DNA of 32,000 nucleotides from assembly GCF_014078525.1 (NCBI RefSeq), contig NZ_MU078694.1, positions 357,885 to 389,884 on the forward strand. Direction: 5' to 3'. This stretch comes from Nitrosopumilus sp. b3. Lineage in GTDB: Archaea; Thermoproteota; Nitrososphaeria; Nitrososphaerales; Nitrosopumilaceae. Numbering within the stretch: the first letter of the stretch is position 1; each line of letters starts with the position of its first letter. The position numbers and the translations under genes are program-made. Below, in pieces: positions 1 through 8,742 of this stretch. The notes under the pieces were generated by a model. That model was given only the letters and a program-made list of their open reading frames with translations, made no database searches and was not told the origin of the DNA.

Positions 1-53
1 CACCTAAACGCAGAGCCGCTCCAAAGAGAAAGGCAGCTAAACGTCGACGTTAA
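1..53 (+). CDS. 3' end of a CDS entering from upstream of the window; very basic C-terminal tail
   Basis: The frame starting at nt 3 is open from the window edge. It reads PKRRAAPKRKAAKRRR and ends at TAA 51-53. The Arg/Ala/Pro codons are locally G+C-rich, unlike the AT-rich spacer that follows. Too short to name. Confidence 0.3.
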   Translation, partial: PKRRAAPKRKAAKRRR

Positions 54-135
54 GCTGTCTATACTATCTTTTTTCTTATTTTACATGTTTAATTAATAAT
101 ATTTCTAAACTCGAATTTAGAAATATTTGAAATTG

Positions 136-543
136 CTACTCATTCATCTTTAATTCAGGCAAAACAAAAACTTTGTTTGGTTTAATTTTGAGGATGACTC
201 TTTTTTCATCATCACGTTTGAATGGATAGCGGTCCCGCCCCATGTATTGTTTGGTAAGTTTGTCTGCATGTTTGTATTCATAGTCTGGAATTAATTCCTC
301 AACTGTTCCACGAATTGTTGTCATGTCTAGTGGGTTATCTTTTGATACAACAGAGACTGCAACTCGCGGATCACGTAATACATTTTTGTGTTTTATTCTG
401 CCCTCTGCAGTATTTACAAGGACATACCCATTTTCAAAATTTGCCCACACAGGAGAGACTTGAGGAGAACCGTCCTTCATTACAGTTGCAATGAAAACAA
501 GATTTTTCTCAGAAAACAACTGTACAACTTTTTCATCAATCAT
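136..543 (-). CDS. Pyridoxamine 5'-phosphate oxidase (PPOX)-family FMN/F420-binding split-barrel protein
   Basis: 135-aa ORF. The N-terminal pattern 'LVFIATVMKDGSPQVSPVW...VLVNT....K.KN..RDPRVAVSV' is typical of the PPOX/general-stress-26 split beta-barrel family. Confidence 0.75.
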   Translation of the reverse strand: MIDEKVVQLFSEKNLVFIATVMKDGSPQVSPVWANFENGYVLVNTAEGRIKHKNVLRDPRVAVSVVSKDNPLDMTTIRGTVEELIPDYEYKHADKLTKQYMGRDRYPFKRDDEKRVILKIKPNKVFVLPELKMNE

Positions 544-547
544 TTTT

Positions 548-691
548 TCATTTCACCATAAATCCAAAGTAGTTTTTGTAACAGCCACAATTTGTTGTGT
601 TTTTTATTGATTTTTCATGAAATTTATCAAAATCAGCAAATACATTTTTGATCGTATTTGGGGATTCAGGTAGATGAAAAATCAATTGCAC
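548..691 (-). CDS. Candidate 47-aa small protein filling the ArsR-PPOX spacer (not in the ORF track)
   Basis: Hand translation gives GTG(689-691) MQLIFHLPESPNTIKNVFADFDKFHEKSIKNTTNCGCYKNYFGFMVK and TGA(548-550). It starts 1 nt after the ArsR-gene stop codon and ends 4 nt before the PPOX ATG, so it occupies the whole gap on the same strand. A 48-codon open frame is uncommon in DNA this AT-rich. No homology recognised. Confidence 0.3.
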   Translation of the reverse strand: MQLIFHLPESPNTIKNVFADFDKFHEKSIKNTTNCGCYKNYFGFMVK

Positions 692-692
692 A

Positions 693-1193
693 TTATTTTT
701 TGTTGGATTTTTCAAGTACATTTGTCATCGCTCTATTCATAATTTCCATTACAAGATACTGTGAATAGTCTTCAGATTTTTTTCCTTTTGATTTTGTTTT
801 TGGAGTTAGACTTTTGAGAATTTTTTCAATTTTTGTCGATGTGTTGTCAATGACTTTTGAGTATGTAGAGTCAAAATCATCAGGCGTTTGAAAATCCAAC
901 AGTTTAGTTGACGTGCTGTAGTATTTTGTTATTGCACCACGAGATTCCTCAATTCGTGCAATTTCAATTAATCCAGATTCTTTTAGAATTTCCAAATGAT
1001 GACGCACGGTGGTCAAGGCTTTTTTGTATCCTGTCTTTTTCAGAGCAGTTGAAATTTGGTCTGCAGATAGTGCTTGATGATACAAAATTTCTACAATTTT
1101 TGCTCGTGCAGGGTCTTCAATTGCACGTGCGTGTCCAATACTTGTCGTAACAATACGATTAACTTTGATTTGCTTTTCTAGTAACGTTGACAT
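693..1193 (-). CDS. ArsR/SmtB-family winged-helix transcriptional regulator
   Basis: 166-aa ORF. 'DPARAKIVEILYHQALSADQISTALKKTGYKKALTTVRHHLEILKESGLIEIARIEESRGAITKYY' matches the ArsR-type HTH plus wing. No obvious metal-binding CxC in helix 3. The C-terminal ~70 aa are family-unspecific. Confidence 0.8.
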   Translation of the reverse strand: MSTLLEKQIKVNRIVTTSIGHARAIEDPARAKIVEILYHQALSADQISTALKKTGYKKALTTVRHHLEILKESGLIEIARIEESRGAITKYYSTSTKLLDFQTPDDFDSTYSKVIDNTSTKIEKILKSLTPKTKSKGKKSEDYSQYLVMEIMNRAMTNVLEKSNKK

Positions 1194-1207
1194 ACAAAAT
1201 TACCTTC

Positions 1208-1240
1208 AAATCTGATCTAAAAGATCCTTGTATCAGATTT
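1208..1240. promoter_or_regulatory. Perfect 9-bp inverted repeat AAATCTGAT-N15-ATCAGATTT (nested GATCT-AAA-AGATC), candidate operator of the ArsR-family gene
   Basis: The arms are at 1208-1216 and 1232-1240, which is 15-47 nt upstream of the start codon (1193, minus strand). This is where an archaeal TATA/BRE and an autoregulatory operator would be expected. Confidence 0.4.
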
Positions 1241-1522
1241 TTTTGTCTAATAGCATTAATTTTTGTTTACTTTAATCAATATTGTAATGCTATCAAAAAT
1301 AGCACTACCACTACAATATTTTATATAATGCAGTATAAAATAATGGTATCATTACTACCATTATAGTGTCGGTCGAATGATTATTGTAATGGTTTTAAAA
1401 TTTTAAAAAAATATTAAAAAAATAAAAATCTGGAAAACAATGTAGGAAAATAGCCATCAAGACATAATTTTGTGAATTACTAAAAATGCAATTCGAGTTG
1501 AAGGAAAGATATTATGCGTAGA

Positions 1523-1828
1523 TTAAGAGTTCAGTGAAGATACAATCTCTTGTTTAATATCTGGCAATCGTTCATTGAATACTTCAGAAATCAAACTCAT
1601 CATTTTAAAAGTTGATTCAGCATTATTTTCTTGCTCAGTATCAGTACGTTTGTTATTGAGATAATCAGTTGCTTTTGCAACAAAAGAGTGATACACCATT
1701 CCAAAAATACAATCATCCAGATCGACATCCCAATGTTCAGAGTTTACCATGTTGGTGTAAGAAGGGATTTGATTAATTACAATGTTCAGCAATGTTTCAA
1801 TTTCTTTTTTATCTTCTATCCCATCCAT
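1523..1828 (-). CDS. Hypothetical protein (101 aa), acidic
   Basis: Long ORF co-directional with purC, 21 nt downstream of it. No motif recognised. Confidence 0.5.
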   Translation of the reverse strand: MDGIEDKKEIETLLNIVINQIPSYTNMVNSEHWDVDLDDCIFGMVYHSFVAKATDYLNNKRTDTEQENNAESTFKMMSLISEVFNERLPDIKQEIVSSLNS

Positions 1829-1849
1829 AGTCTATCAATTCATCAAGGG

Positions 1850-2674
1850 TTAAAGAGTATTTCCTGTTAGTTTTTTAAATGCTATCACATAGCGCTCAGT
1901 CATTTTCTTAATTATCTCATTTGGGATTTCAGGGGCAACAGGCTCCCGTCCTGCATCACGTTCATCATCAAATTGTTTTTGATATCCTTTATCCGTTAAC
2001 CAATCGCGTAAAAGTTGTTTATCATATGCTTCCTGTATTTCTCCAACTTTATAGGAATCTTTTGGCCATAAACGATATTCATCAGGACCTATAGAATCGC
2101 CTAAGGTAATTTTTCCATCCAATATCCCAAACTCTAATTTCAAATCAGCCAAAATAAATCCAGCATGATCTGCAATGGTGGCCATTTTTTTGTAAATTTC
2201 AATAGATGTTCTCTCCAACCAGATATACTGTTCCTCAGTAACCAAATTCATCTCTAATGCTTTTTCTTTGTTAATTGGAATGTCATGTTCTGATTTTGTT
2301 GTAGGATCAAAAAGTGGTTCCGGTAGTTTTGCAGCCAAGGTTGAGTCTGTTCCTTCAGGTACTGTAATCTCACCTTTTTTCCATCTACCGACTAAGCTCC
2401 CATAAAAATAGCCTCTCACAACACATTCTATTGGAAGCATCTTCATTTTTTTGACAATAATTTCAGTATCAGATTCTCTTCTGACAAAATGATTTGCTAC
2501 AGGCAATTCATTGAACCAAAATTCAGCAAATTTGCACAATACCTCTCCTTTTTTAGGAATATCTTGTTTGAATTTTACATCATATGCTGAAACTCTATCA
2601 GAGAACTTGAAAAGCAGTGTATTTTCATCCACATCATATAGATCCTTTACTTTTCCACTAGTTAGAAACTTCAA
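1850..2674 (-). CDS. purC: Phosphoribosylaminoimidazole-succinocarboxamide (SAICAR) synthase
   Basis: 274 aa. '[26 protein letters not shown]', 'ECVVRGY..GS' and '[10 protein letters not shown]' are hallmark SAICAR synthetase motifs. Confidence 0.95.
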   Translation of the reverse strand: MKFLTSGKVKDLYDVDENTLLFKFSDRVSAYDVKFKQDIPKKGEVLCKFAEFWFNELPVANHFVRRESDTEIIVKKMKMLPIECVVRGYFYGSLVGRWKKGEITVPEGTDSTLAAKLPEPLFDPTTKSEHDIPINKEKALEMNLVTEEQYIWLERTSIEIYKKMATIADHAGFILADLKLEFGILDGKITLGDSIGPDEYRLWPKDSYKVGEIQEAYDKQLLRDWLTDKGYQKQFDDERDAGREPVAPEIPNEIIKKMTERYVIAFKKLTGNTL

Positions 2675-2717
2675 ACAATCATCACTGAATTATATCGAAT
2701 TTAACTGCTAGGGATAA

Positions 2718-3104
2718 CTAAGAGCCCATCATTCCTACCATTTTAGGCATTTCTCTATATGCTTTATTTACAAAGATATCATTATCTGCACTTATCATTA
2801 CAAATTCCATCGGATTATCCGAAGGAGGTGAAACAATAATTTTTTCACCTGCATCAATAGTTCCCAATTTCAAAGTATCACCTGCACCAAAATTCACATG
2901 GACGTTGGTGAGAGGTTGGGAACCAGTATTTTGTATAGTTACACGTCCCATTACAAAAAGACTTTGTTTGTCTAATAGAGGATCCACAAAAATAGCATGA
3001 TCCTGAGTGGATACAGATAATTTCAAAATATCCATACCAAAAATTACAGCCATAACTGCAATGGCACCAATACCTAAACCAATAACTGCAGTATACTGTT
3101 TCAT
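2718..3104 (-). CDS. N-terminally membrane-anchored protein with probable beta-sandwich ectodomain
   Basis: 128 aa. It has a hydrophobic N-terminal helix (AVIGLGIGAIAVMAVIFG). This is followed by a 'V.I.NTGS.PL.NV.V.F..GD...LG.I.AGE' pattern reminiscent of CARDB/Ig-like archaeal surface domains. Confidence 0.6.
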   Translation of the reverse strand: MKQYTAVIGLGIGAIAVMAVIFGMDILKLSVSTQDHAIFVDPLLDKQSLFVMGRVTIQNTGSQPLTNVHVNFGAGDTLKLGTIDAGEKIIVSPPSDNPMEFVMISADNDIFVNKAYREMPKMVGMMGS

Positions 3105-3303
3105 GTATAATAGATTAATTTTCTAATAATTTAGTATATTGTATTTTAATCTAAAGCCATAGAATGTCTTTTTAACAAAAATGGAATTCGTCATAGTAAG
3201 ATAAAACAATAAAAACACATGATTTGTTATTTAAAACATGATTACCACTAGTTAATATTGCAATTAATAATTAAATACAAATTTTCCTTTAAACATTATA
3301 AGT

Positions 3304-3471
3304 TTGAATATCGAGGAAAGCATTTATGAAAAATTGGAAAAAGATTGGAATGCTAGTGATTTTAGAAAAATACCCAATATCGCAGAGTTAAGTTTCAATT
3401 GTATGTTAGATAGATGCAGTTATTGTTTCGATGTAGTTTGCAGATGTAATTGTCATAATAAATCACAATAA
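3304..3471 (+). CDS. Candidate 55-aa Cys-rich small protein (not in the ORF track; TTG start)
   Basis: Hand translation: TTG(3304) MNIEESIYEKLEKDWNASDFRKIPNIAELSFNCMLDRCSYCFDVVCRCNCHNKSQ TAA(3469-3471). Six Cys plus one His lie in the last 23 residues (C-x4-C-x2-C-x4-C-x-C-x-C-H). It sits in an otherwise empty 389-nt spacer. A TTAAATA TATA-like box (3271-3277) lies ~30 nt upstream of the start. The only in-frame ATG is internal. Confidence 0.25.
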   Translation: MNIEESIYEKLEKDWNASDFRKIPNIAELSFNCMLDRCSYCFDVVCRCNCHNKSQ

Positions 3472-3493
3472 TCGTATAATTTCTAGGCACATT

Positions 3494-3772
3494 TTACTGT
3501 ACTTTAATACCATTCCAAAATGCTACCATTCCTTTAATTTTTTTGGCAGCATCGTTTGGTTCTTCATAATACCATGCACAATCTTTGTTAGTCTTACCAT
3601 TTACTGAAACGGAATAATAATTTGCCATTCCTTTCCATCCACAAAAAGATGTAAAATCAGTCTTTTTAAAATACTCTTTTTTTATGGAATCAATTGGAAA
3701 GTAATGATTTCCTTCAACAACTACAGTATCATTACTTTCAGCAATAACTACATCGTTCCATATTGCTTGCAT
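3494..3772 (-). CDS. DUF427-domain protein
   Basis: 92 aa. 'W...VIAES.DTVVVEGNHYFP' ... 'CGWKG.A.YYSV.V.G' ... 'AWYYEEP...A..I.G.VAFW' is the characteristic DUF427 pattern. Confidence 0.7.
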   Translation of the reverse strand: MQAIWNDVVIAESNDTVVVEGNHYFPIDSIKKEYFKKTDFTSFCGWKGMANYYSVSVNGKTNKDCAWYYEEPNDAAKKIKGMVAFWNGIKVQ

Positions 3773-3809
3773 GACAGTCTTACCAATTTACTATATTTAA
3801 AAAAATACC

Positions 3810-5243
3810 TTATTCCCCTTTCATTTCTTCTCTACTTCTAAATTCAGGAGTTATGCCAAGGGATTCATAATTTCCTGACGAGCAAGTAAAACACATAGAG
3901 TCTTTTGGAATTCCGACAGCATTTGCAAGATTTTCAGCATCGTTGTATCCCAAAAAGTCAGCTCCGATACTTTGGCGTACCATTTCCGTGATTTGTTCTT
4001 GATTCATTTCTTTTCCATTTGAAAATGTTGCAAGTTCTTCTTGGGAAGGAAAATCAATTCCAGCATAACATGGGAATTTAATTGGAGGGTAAGTAATCAC
4101 CATGCTAATTTTTCTAGCTCCTGCTCTACGCAGTGCTTTGATAATTGCCTTGGAGCTAGTACCACGAACCAAACTATCATCAATTACAACAACATGCTTT
4201 CCTTCAATAATTTCTCTAATTGGAATAATCCAACGATTAATTTCTATTCTGTCTGATTGATGAGGTTCAATGAAACTTCGTAATGGGCCCTTCTTGCTGT
4301 ATCTATCCTTTAAAAGGCCCTCATCAAATGAAACACCAAGTTCTTGTGCATATCCTAATGCAGCAGGTCTTGCAGAATCAGGTACCGGTATAACTAAATC
4401 AGCATCATTAATTGGGAATTTCTTTGCCAAAAATCGTCCAATATTCTTTCTTGCAACATAGATGTTTGTACCCTCCATGTTGCTTGAAGGATGTGCAAAG
4501 TAAGTAAATTCAAAAGAACAATGTGCTCGTGCAGGATCATCAGAAAAACGTTCAGTCTCCAAACCGTTTTTACTTAATTTTATCAATTCGCCAGGATTCA
4601 CATTTCTCTCTAGTTTAGCACCAACTGCAGATACTGCAGAAGATTCAGATGCAACAATGTAAGTATCATCGGCTTCTTTATGACCTAGAACCATAGGACG
4701 GAATCCCTTTGGATCACGAGCAGCATAAACAGAATTATCATCAGAGATAAATGTAAAACAATAAGAACCAACCATCTCATTTTTGAGAATTGAAAGGGCT
4801 TTTCCCATTTGACCGTTCTCTGAAATTAATGTAACTAGTCTTTGGGCAGCAACAAGAGTATCACTTGCATTTTGTGGGGTAAACGAGCATCCGCCAACTA
4901 GATTAGATAATTCTTGTACATTTGCAATAGTTCCATTATGTGCAATACAAAGATCTTTTACTTTGAGCGGTTGTGCATTTTCTAATGAGCTTCTACCCAT
5001 TGTAGAATATCTCACATGTCCAATTACAGCAGGAGATGCATATTCCTCTGTAATTTTTTTAAATTCAGACGATGCTGCAGAAACTAATCCCAATCTCTTT
5101 AGTGGCGGTTTATTTGGAATTGCAAGACCCCAAGCCTCTTGCCCTCGATGCTGAAGTGCCCTTAATGCATCAATTACCATAGGAACTACATTAGTTCCAC
5201 TAAGACTAAAGATTCCAACAACGCCACAATTTTCTTTAACCAT
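3810..5243 (-). CDS. purF: Amidophosphoribosyltransferase
   Basis: 477 aa. It has an N-terminal nucleophile Cys after a short propeptide (MVKENC-GVVGI), 'GHVRYST.G' and the PRTase motif 'VVVIDDSLVRGTS'. Its start overlaps the purL stop by 8 nt. Confidence 0.95.
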   Translation of the reverse strand: MVKENCGVVGIFSLSGTNVVPMVIDALRALQHRGQEAWGLAIPNKPPLKRLGLVSAASSEFKKITEEYASPAVIGHVRYSTMGRSSLENAQPLKVKDLCIAHNGTIANVQELSNLVGGCSFTPQNASDTLVAAQRLVTLISENGQMGKALSILKNEMVGSYCFTFISDDNSVYAARDPKGFRPMVLGHKEADDTYIVASESSAVSAVGAKLERNVNPGELIKLSKNGLETERFSDDPARAHCSFEFTYFAHPSSNMEGTNIYVARKNIGRFLAKKFPINDADLVIPVPDSARPAALGYAQELGVSFDEGLLKDRYSKKGPLRSFIEPHQSDRIEINRWIIPIREIIEGKHVVVIDDSLVRGTSSKAIIKALRRAGARKISMVITYPPIKFPCYAGIDFPSQEELATFSNGKEMNQEQITEMVRQSIGADFLGYNDAENLANAVGIPKDSMCFTCSSGNYESLGITPEFRSREEMKGE

Positions 5244-7401
5244 GAAGTACCAAGTCCTCTAACGAATTTAACCACGTTTTTTGTGCTTTATCAACTCTTA
5301 GATCAATGACGGATTTTGTATCATGTACAAATTGAATTTTGTCTCCTCCAAATTGACCTATTACTTTGAATGAAACTTTGTTCTTTTTTAGTAAATCTTC
5401 TAATTTTTTCAGATTTTTCTTATCAAATGATAGCAGATATCGCGAATGGCTTTCAGAAAAAAGAATTCTATCAGCATCCAATTTTTCTCCAGGTACTTTT
5501 TCTAAAGAGATTTTGCATCCGATCATATTTTTCATGCATAATTCTGACACGGCAATTGCCAATCCTCCCTTGGAGCAATCATGAGCAGATTTTAAGAGTC
5601 CATTTTCAATTACACCTAAAACAGATTTCATATTTTTCTTTGATTCTGCAAAAGTAACTACAGGGCATTTTCCTCCGATAAAGTTGTGAATATATTCAAA
5701 GTATTCAGAGCCACCCATCTCGTCTTTAGTGTCCCCAATAATTACAAGACAATCATTTTCAGATATTTGTTGAGGAATTAATGGTTTTTTCTCAATTAAT
5801 CCCAAAACCCCAATAACAGGAGTTGGTTTTATTGGTCCTGCGGGAGTTTCATTATACAAACTAACCTTACCACCAACACACGGAATTTCAAAGTCTTTGG
5901 CAAAAGCAGTCAATCCTTTTAATGATTCTAAAAATGTCCAAAAAATTTCAGGATCTTTTGGATTTCCAAATTGAAGATGGTCAAGCATACCAATTGGTTT
6001 TGCTCCAGTACAAACAACATTCCTACATGCTTCTTCAAAACAACCTATTGCGCCTTCTCTAGGATTGATGTAGCATTGTTTTGGATTACCGTCAATTTTT
6101 GCTGAAAGGAATTTTCCATTGTCCAATCTTAAAACAGATGCATCCCCCCCAGGTTTCACAACTGTTCTAATTCCTACTTCATGATCATATTGCCCATAAA
6201 CCCATATCTTACTTGCAATGTTTGGCGATGCAAGTAATTTCATCAATGTTTTTGAATAATCAGAAATTTCTTCTAGTTTCTTTTCATTCTCAATTGTTTT
6301 CAGGTATTCAGGTTTTTTTGATGGTAAATCAAGCAATGTTGCATTTGCAACAACATCAGTGGGCAAATTTGCAAATGTCTTTGTGCCCTTTTTCACATGC
6401 ATGTTATTATCAGATGTGACATGACCAATTACAGAGCATTCAATATGGAATTTCTTACAAATTGTCTCAAGTTTTTTTAATTTTATTTTATCTGTAACAA
6501 TTAACATTCTTTCTTGAGACTCAGATACCATGATTTCATTTGGATGCATATCAGATTCACGAGTGTGGACTTTTTGAACATCCATTTCTATTCCGATATC
6601 TAAAGCATCAGCAGTCTCTGAAATTGCACAAGAAAGACCGCCACCACCTAGATCTTTCATGGCATGAATTAATTTCTCATTTCTAGCCTCCAAAATTGCC
6701 TCGATAATTAATTTCTCAATAAATGGATCTGGGATTTGAACTGCAGAACGATCTTCGGATTCTAGTGAGTCAGAGGCAAATTGAGAACCTCCAATCCCAT
6801 CCCTTCCAGTGGAACCTCCCAATAAAACAACAAGATCACCTTTCTGTGCATGGTTTTTTATTAAATTCTCTTTTTTGCCAAATCCTATTGCTGCAACATC
6901 AACTAATGCATAGTTTTGATAACAATCATCAAATTCAACTTCACCACCAATTGTAGGAATACCCAAACAATTACCATATGCGGCAACACCACTTACAGCA
7001 TTTTTGAAAAGCCATCTAGCTTGCTGATCTTTTTCAATATTTCCAAAACGCAAGCCATCAAAAATTGCAATGGGTCTAGTCCCAGCAGACAGAATATCTC
7101 TAATTACACCCCCAACACCGGTTGCAGCTCCACCAAATGGTTCAACAGCTGATGGGTGGTTATGACTTTCAATGTGTGCAGTGACAACATAGCCACCCCC
7201 TACATCCAAGACACCCGAATCATATCCTTTCTCATTTATCACTAGAGGTCCAGTCATTGGAAGCATTTTGAGATGTTTCTTTGATGATTTGTAAGAGCAA
7301 TGCTCAGACCACTCAGCAGCTACAATTTGTAATTCAGTTGAGGTCGGGTCCCTGCCAATTTTAGATTTTAATTCAGATAGCTCATGAGTTTCTAAACTCA
7401 A
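5236..7401 (-). CDS. purL: Phosphoribosylformylglycinamidine (FGAM) synthase II, large subunit
   Basis: 721 aa. Contains 'EHCSYKSSK', 'ESHNHPSAVEPFGGAATGVGG..RD' and two AIR-synthase-like repeats. TTG start at 7399-7401 overlaps the purQ TGA (TTGA). Confidence 0.95.
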   Translation of the reverse strand: MSLETHELSELKSKIGRDPTSTELQIVAAEWSEHCSYKSSKKHLKMLPMTGPLVINEKGYDSGVLDVGGGYVVTAHIESHNHPSAVEPFGGAATGVGGVIRDILSAGTRPIAIFDGLRFGNIEKDQQARWLFKNAVSGVAAYGNCLGIPTIGGEVEFDDCYQNYALVDVAAIGFGKKENLIKNHAQKGDLVVLLGGSTGRDGIGGSQFASDSLESEDRSAVQIPDPFIEKLIIEAILEARNEKLIHAMKDLGGGGLSCAISETADALDIGIEMDVQKVHTRESDMHPNEIMVSESQERMLIVTDKIKLKKLETICKKFHIECSVIGHVTSDNNMHVKKGTKTFANLPTDVVANATLLDLPSKKPEYLKTIENEKKLEEISDYSKTLMKLLASPNIASKIWVYGQYDHEVGIRTVVKPGGDASVLRLDNGKFLSAKIDGNPKQCYINPREGAIGCFEEACRNVVCTGAKPIGMLDHLQFGNPKDPEIFWTFLESLKGLTAFAKDFEIPCVGGKVSLYNETPAGPIKPTPVIGVLGLIEKKPLIPQQISENDCLVIIGDTKDEMGGSEYFEYIHNFIGGKCPVVTFAESKKNMKSVLGVIENGLLKSAHDCSKGGLAIAVSELCMKNMIGCKISLEKVPGEKLDADRILFSESHSRYLLSFDKKNLKKLEDLLKKNKVSFKVIGQFGGDKIQFVHDTKSVIDLRVDKAQKTWLNSLEDLVLHG

Positions 7402-8090
7402 TTACTAACACCCGTTTTTACTAAAAGTGACTCAAAAATCAATGAAGCAGGTTTGTTATCTATAGGATTGATTTCAGACTCTACTGCTCTTTCAGGATGA
7501 GGCATCATTCCAACAACATTTCCATCTTCATTGCATACTCCAGCAATTCTATCGGTAGAACCATTCACAATTTTACTATATCTAAAGACAATCTGATTTT
7601 TTTTCTTTAATTGTTTTAAAACATCATCATCTGCATAATAGCGACCTTCGCCATTTGCAATAGGGATTGGGATTTTTTGATGGAGTTTAAACTGATTTGT
7701 AAATGGAGTTTTATTATTTTCAACAATAAGATTTGTCCATTCACACATAAAATTAAGAGAATCATTTTTCAGTAAAACTCCAGGTAACAGTCCAGACTCT
7801 ACTAAAATTTGAAACCCATTGCATACACCTAAAATTGGAATTCCTTTCTCGGCCAATTTTCTGACATCATTAATTATTGGGCTATGAGCGGCAATTGCTC
7901 CTGCTCGAAGTCTATCCCCATATGAAAATCCCCCTGGAAGAATTACTGCATCAATATTCTTTGGAAGAGGATTTTCGTGCCAATAATATTGTGCATCAAG
8001 ATTAAACACATCAGTTAGAACATGAAACATATCTCGATCGCAATTACTACCTGGAAAAACTACAACCCCAACTTTCACATTTGCTTTCAC
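7398..8090 (-). CDS. purQ: FGAM synthase I, glutamine amidotransferase subunit
   Basis: 230 aa. Shows 'PG.NCD.D', the nucleophile elbow 'GVCNGFQIL' and 'MMPHPER'. GTG start. Confidence 0.95.
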   Translation of the reverse strand: MKANVKVGVVVFPGSNCDRDMFHVLTDVFNLDAQYYWHENPLPKNIDAVILPGGFSYGDRLRAGAIAAHSPIINDVRKLAEKGIPILGVCNGFQILVESGLLPGVLLKNDSLNFMCEWTNLIVENNKTPFTNQFKLHQKIPIPIANGEGRYYADDDVLKQLKKKNQIVFRYSKIVNGSTDRIAGVCNEDGNVVGMMPHPERAVESEINPIDNKPASLIFESLLVKTGVSN

Positions 8091-8345
8091 ATTCAGAGAT
8101 ATTTAATTTGAATTGAGACAAGAAGAATTTTACTTTAAAAGACATCTTGATCGCATTTATCCCATTCAGACATAAAGAATGAATAATCCACCAATTACGA
8201 ATATAATTGAGATAAACATTGTAATCATTTAAAAAACAGATCGTTTCCCCATCATCGCAAATTAGAGCAGAAGTATTTTCACTTTGTAAAGAAGCGAAAT
8301 TATTTGGAGATAGTCGATAAAAAGAATCTTAAATAGAATCTCATC

Positions 8346-8606
8346 TTAGGCGGTGAAAACATCAAGGGTTACTTTGCTAACCATGGGATTGTAAATCCGC
8401 AGTTCATCACAAATTGCTTTCACCTTGGATTGAGCAGATTTTTTATCATTTTCCTCAATGGTGAATTTCAACATTTTTGCTGTTTTTATTTTGGATACAG
8501 ATTTTTGGGGTCCTTTGAGAACCAAATCATTAAGAATTGTATCTCCTTCAGGATCACTTATCCCAGGTTTATTTTCAATAGTTACATGAACATTAAAAAT
8601 TGCCAT
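8346..8606 (-). CDS. purS: FGAM synthase PurS subunit
   Basis: 86 aa. 'V.V..KPGI.DPEG.TI...L...G' is the PurS signature. It is separated from purQ by a 255-nt spacer. Confidence 0.9.
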   Translation of the reverse strand: MAIFNVHVTIENKPGISDPEGDTILNDLVLKGPQKSVSKIKTAKMLKFTIEENDKKSAQSKVKAICDELRIYNPMVSKVTLDVFTA

Positions 8607-8742
8607 TAATAATTTGGAAAATAAATTTGAGGTTAATCTATCTTCCGAAAAAATTTATGCTTTTATACTTATTTTTAGATATTTGTCAGGTATCCGGTTC
8701 TGAGGACGTGTATTGTTGCAGATATAACCAGCCCAGAATCGG

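Noticed and set aside
1393-1429. 37-nt pure A/T tract plus nearby repeats considered as a replication-origin DUE with ORB elements
   Set aside because: There is no orc1/cdc6 gene in the window. The repeats do not resemble ORB/mini-ORB motifs as I know them, and the tract is short. A promoter, operator or terminator role is more parsimonious.
908-2711. Plus-strand ORFs 908-1150, 1631-1870 and 2511-2711
   Set aside because: Each lies antisense within a better-supported minus-strand gene (ArsR-family, the 101-aa ORF, purC). No motifs were recognised.
4041-7152. Plus-strand ORFs of 63-95 aa inside purF and purL (4041, 4270, 4963, 5366, 5370, 6213, 6723, 6916)
   Set aside because: They are antisense shadow ORFs within strongly supported conserved genes, with low-complexity or biased products.
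8166-8228. 20-codon hydrophobic micro-ORF (MITMFISIIFVIGGLFILYV) on the minus strand in the purS-purQ spacer
   Set aside because: It is too short to distinguish from chance in AT-rich DNA, where Ile/Phe/Leu codons dominate. There is no supporting signal or paralogue.
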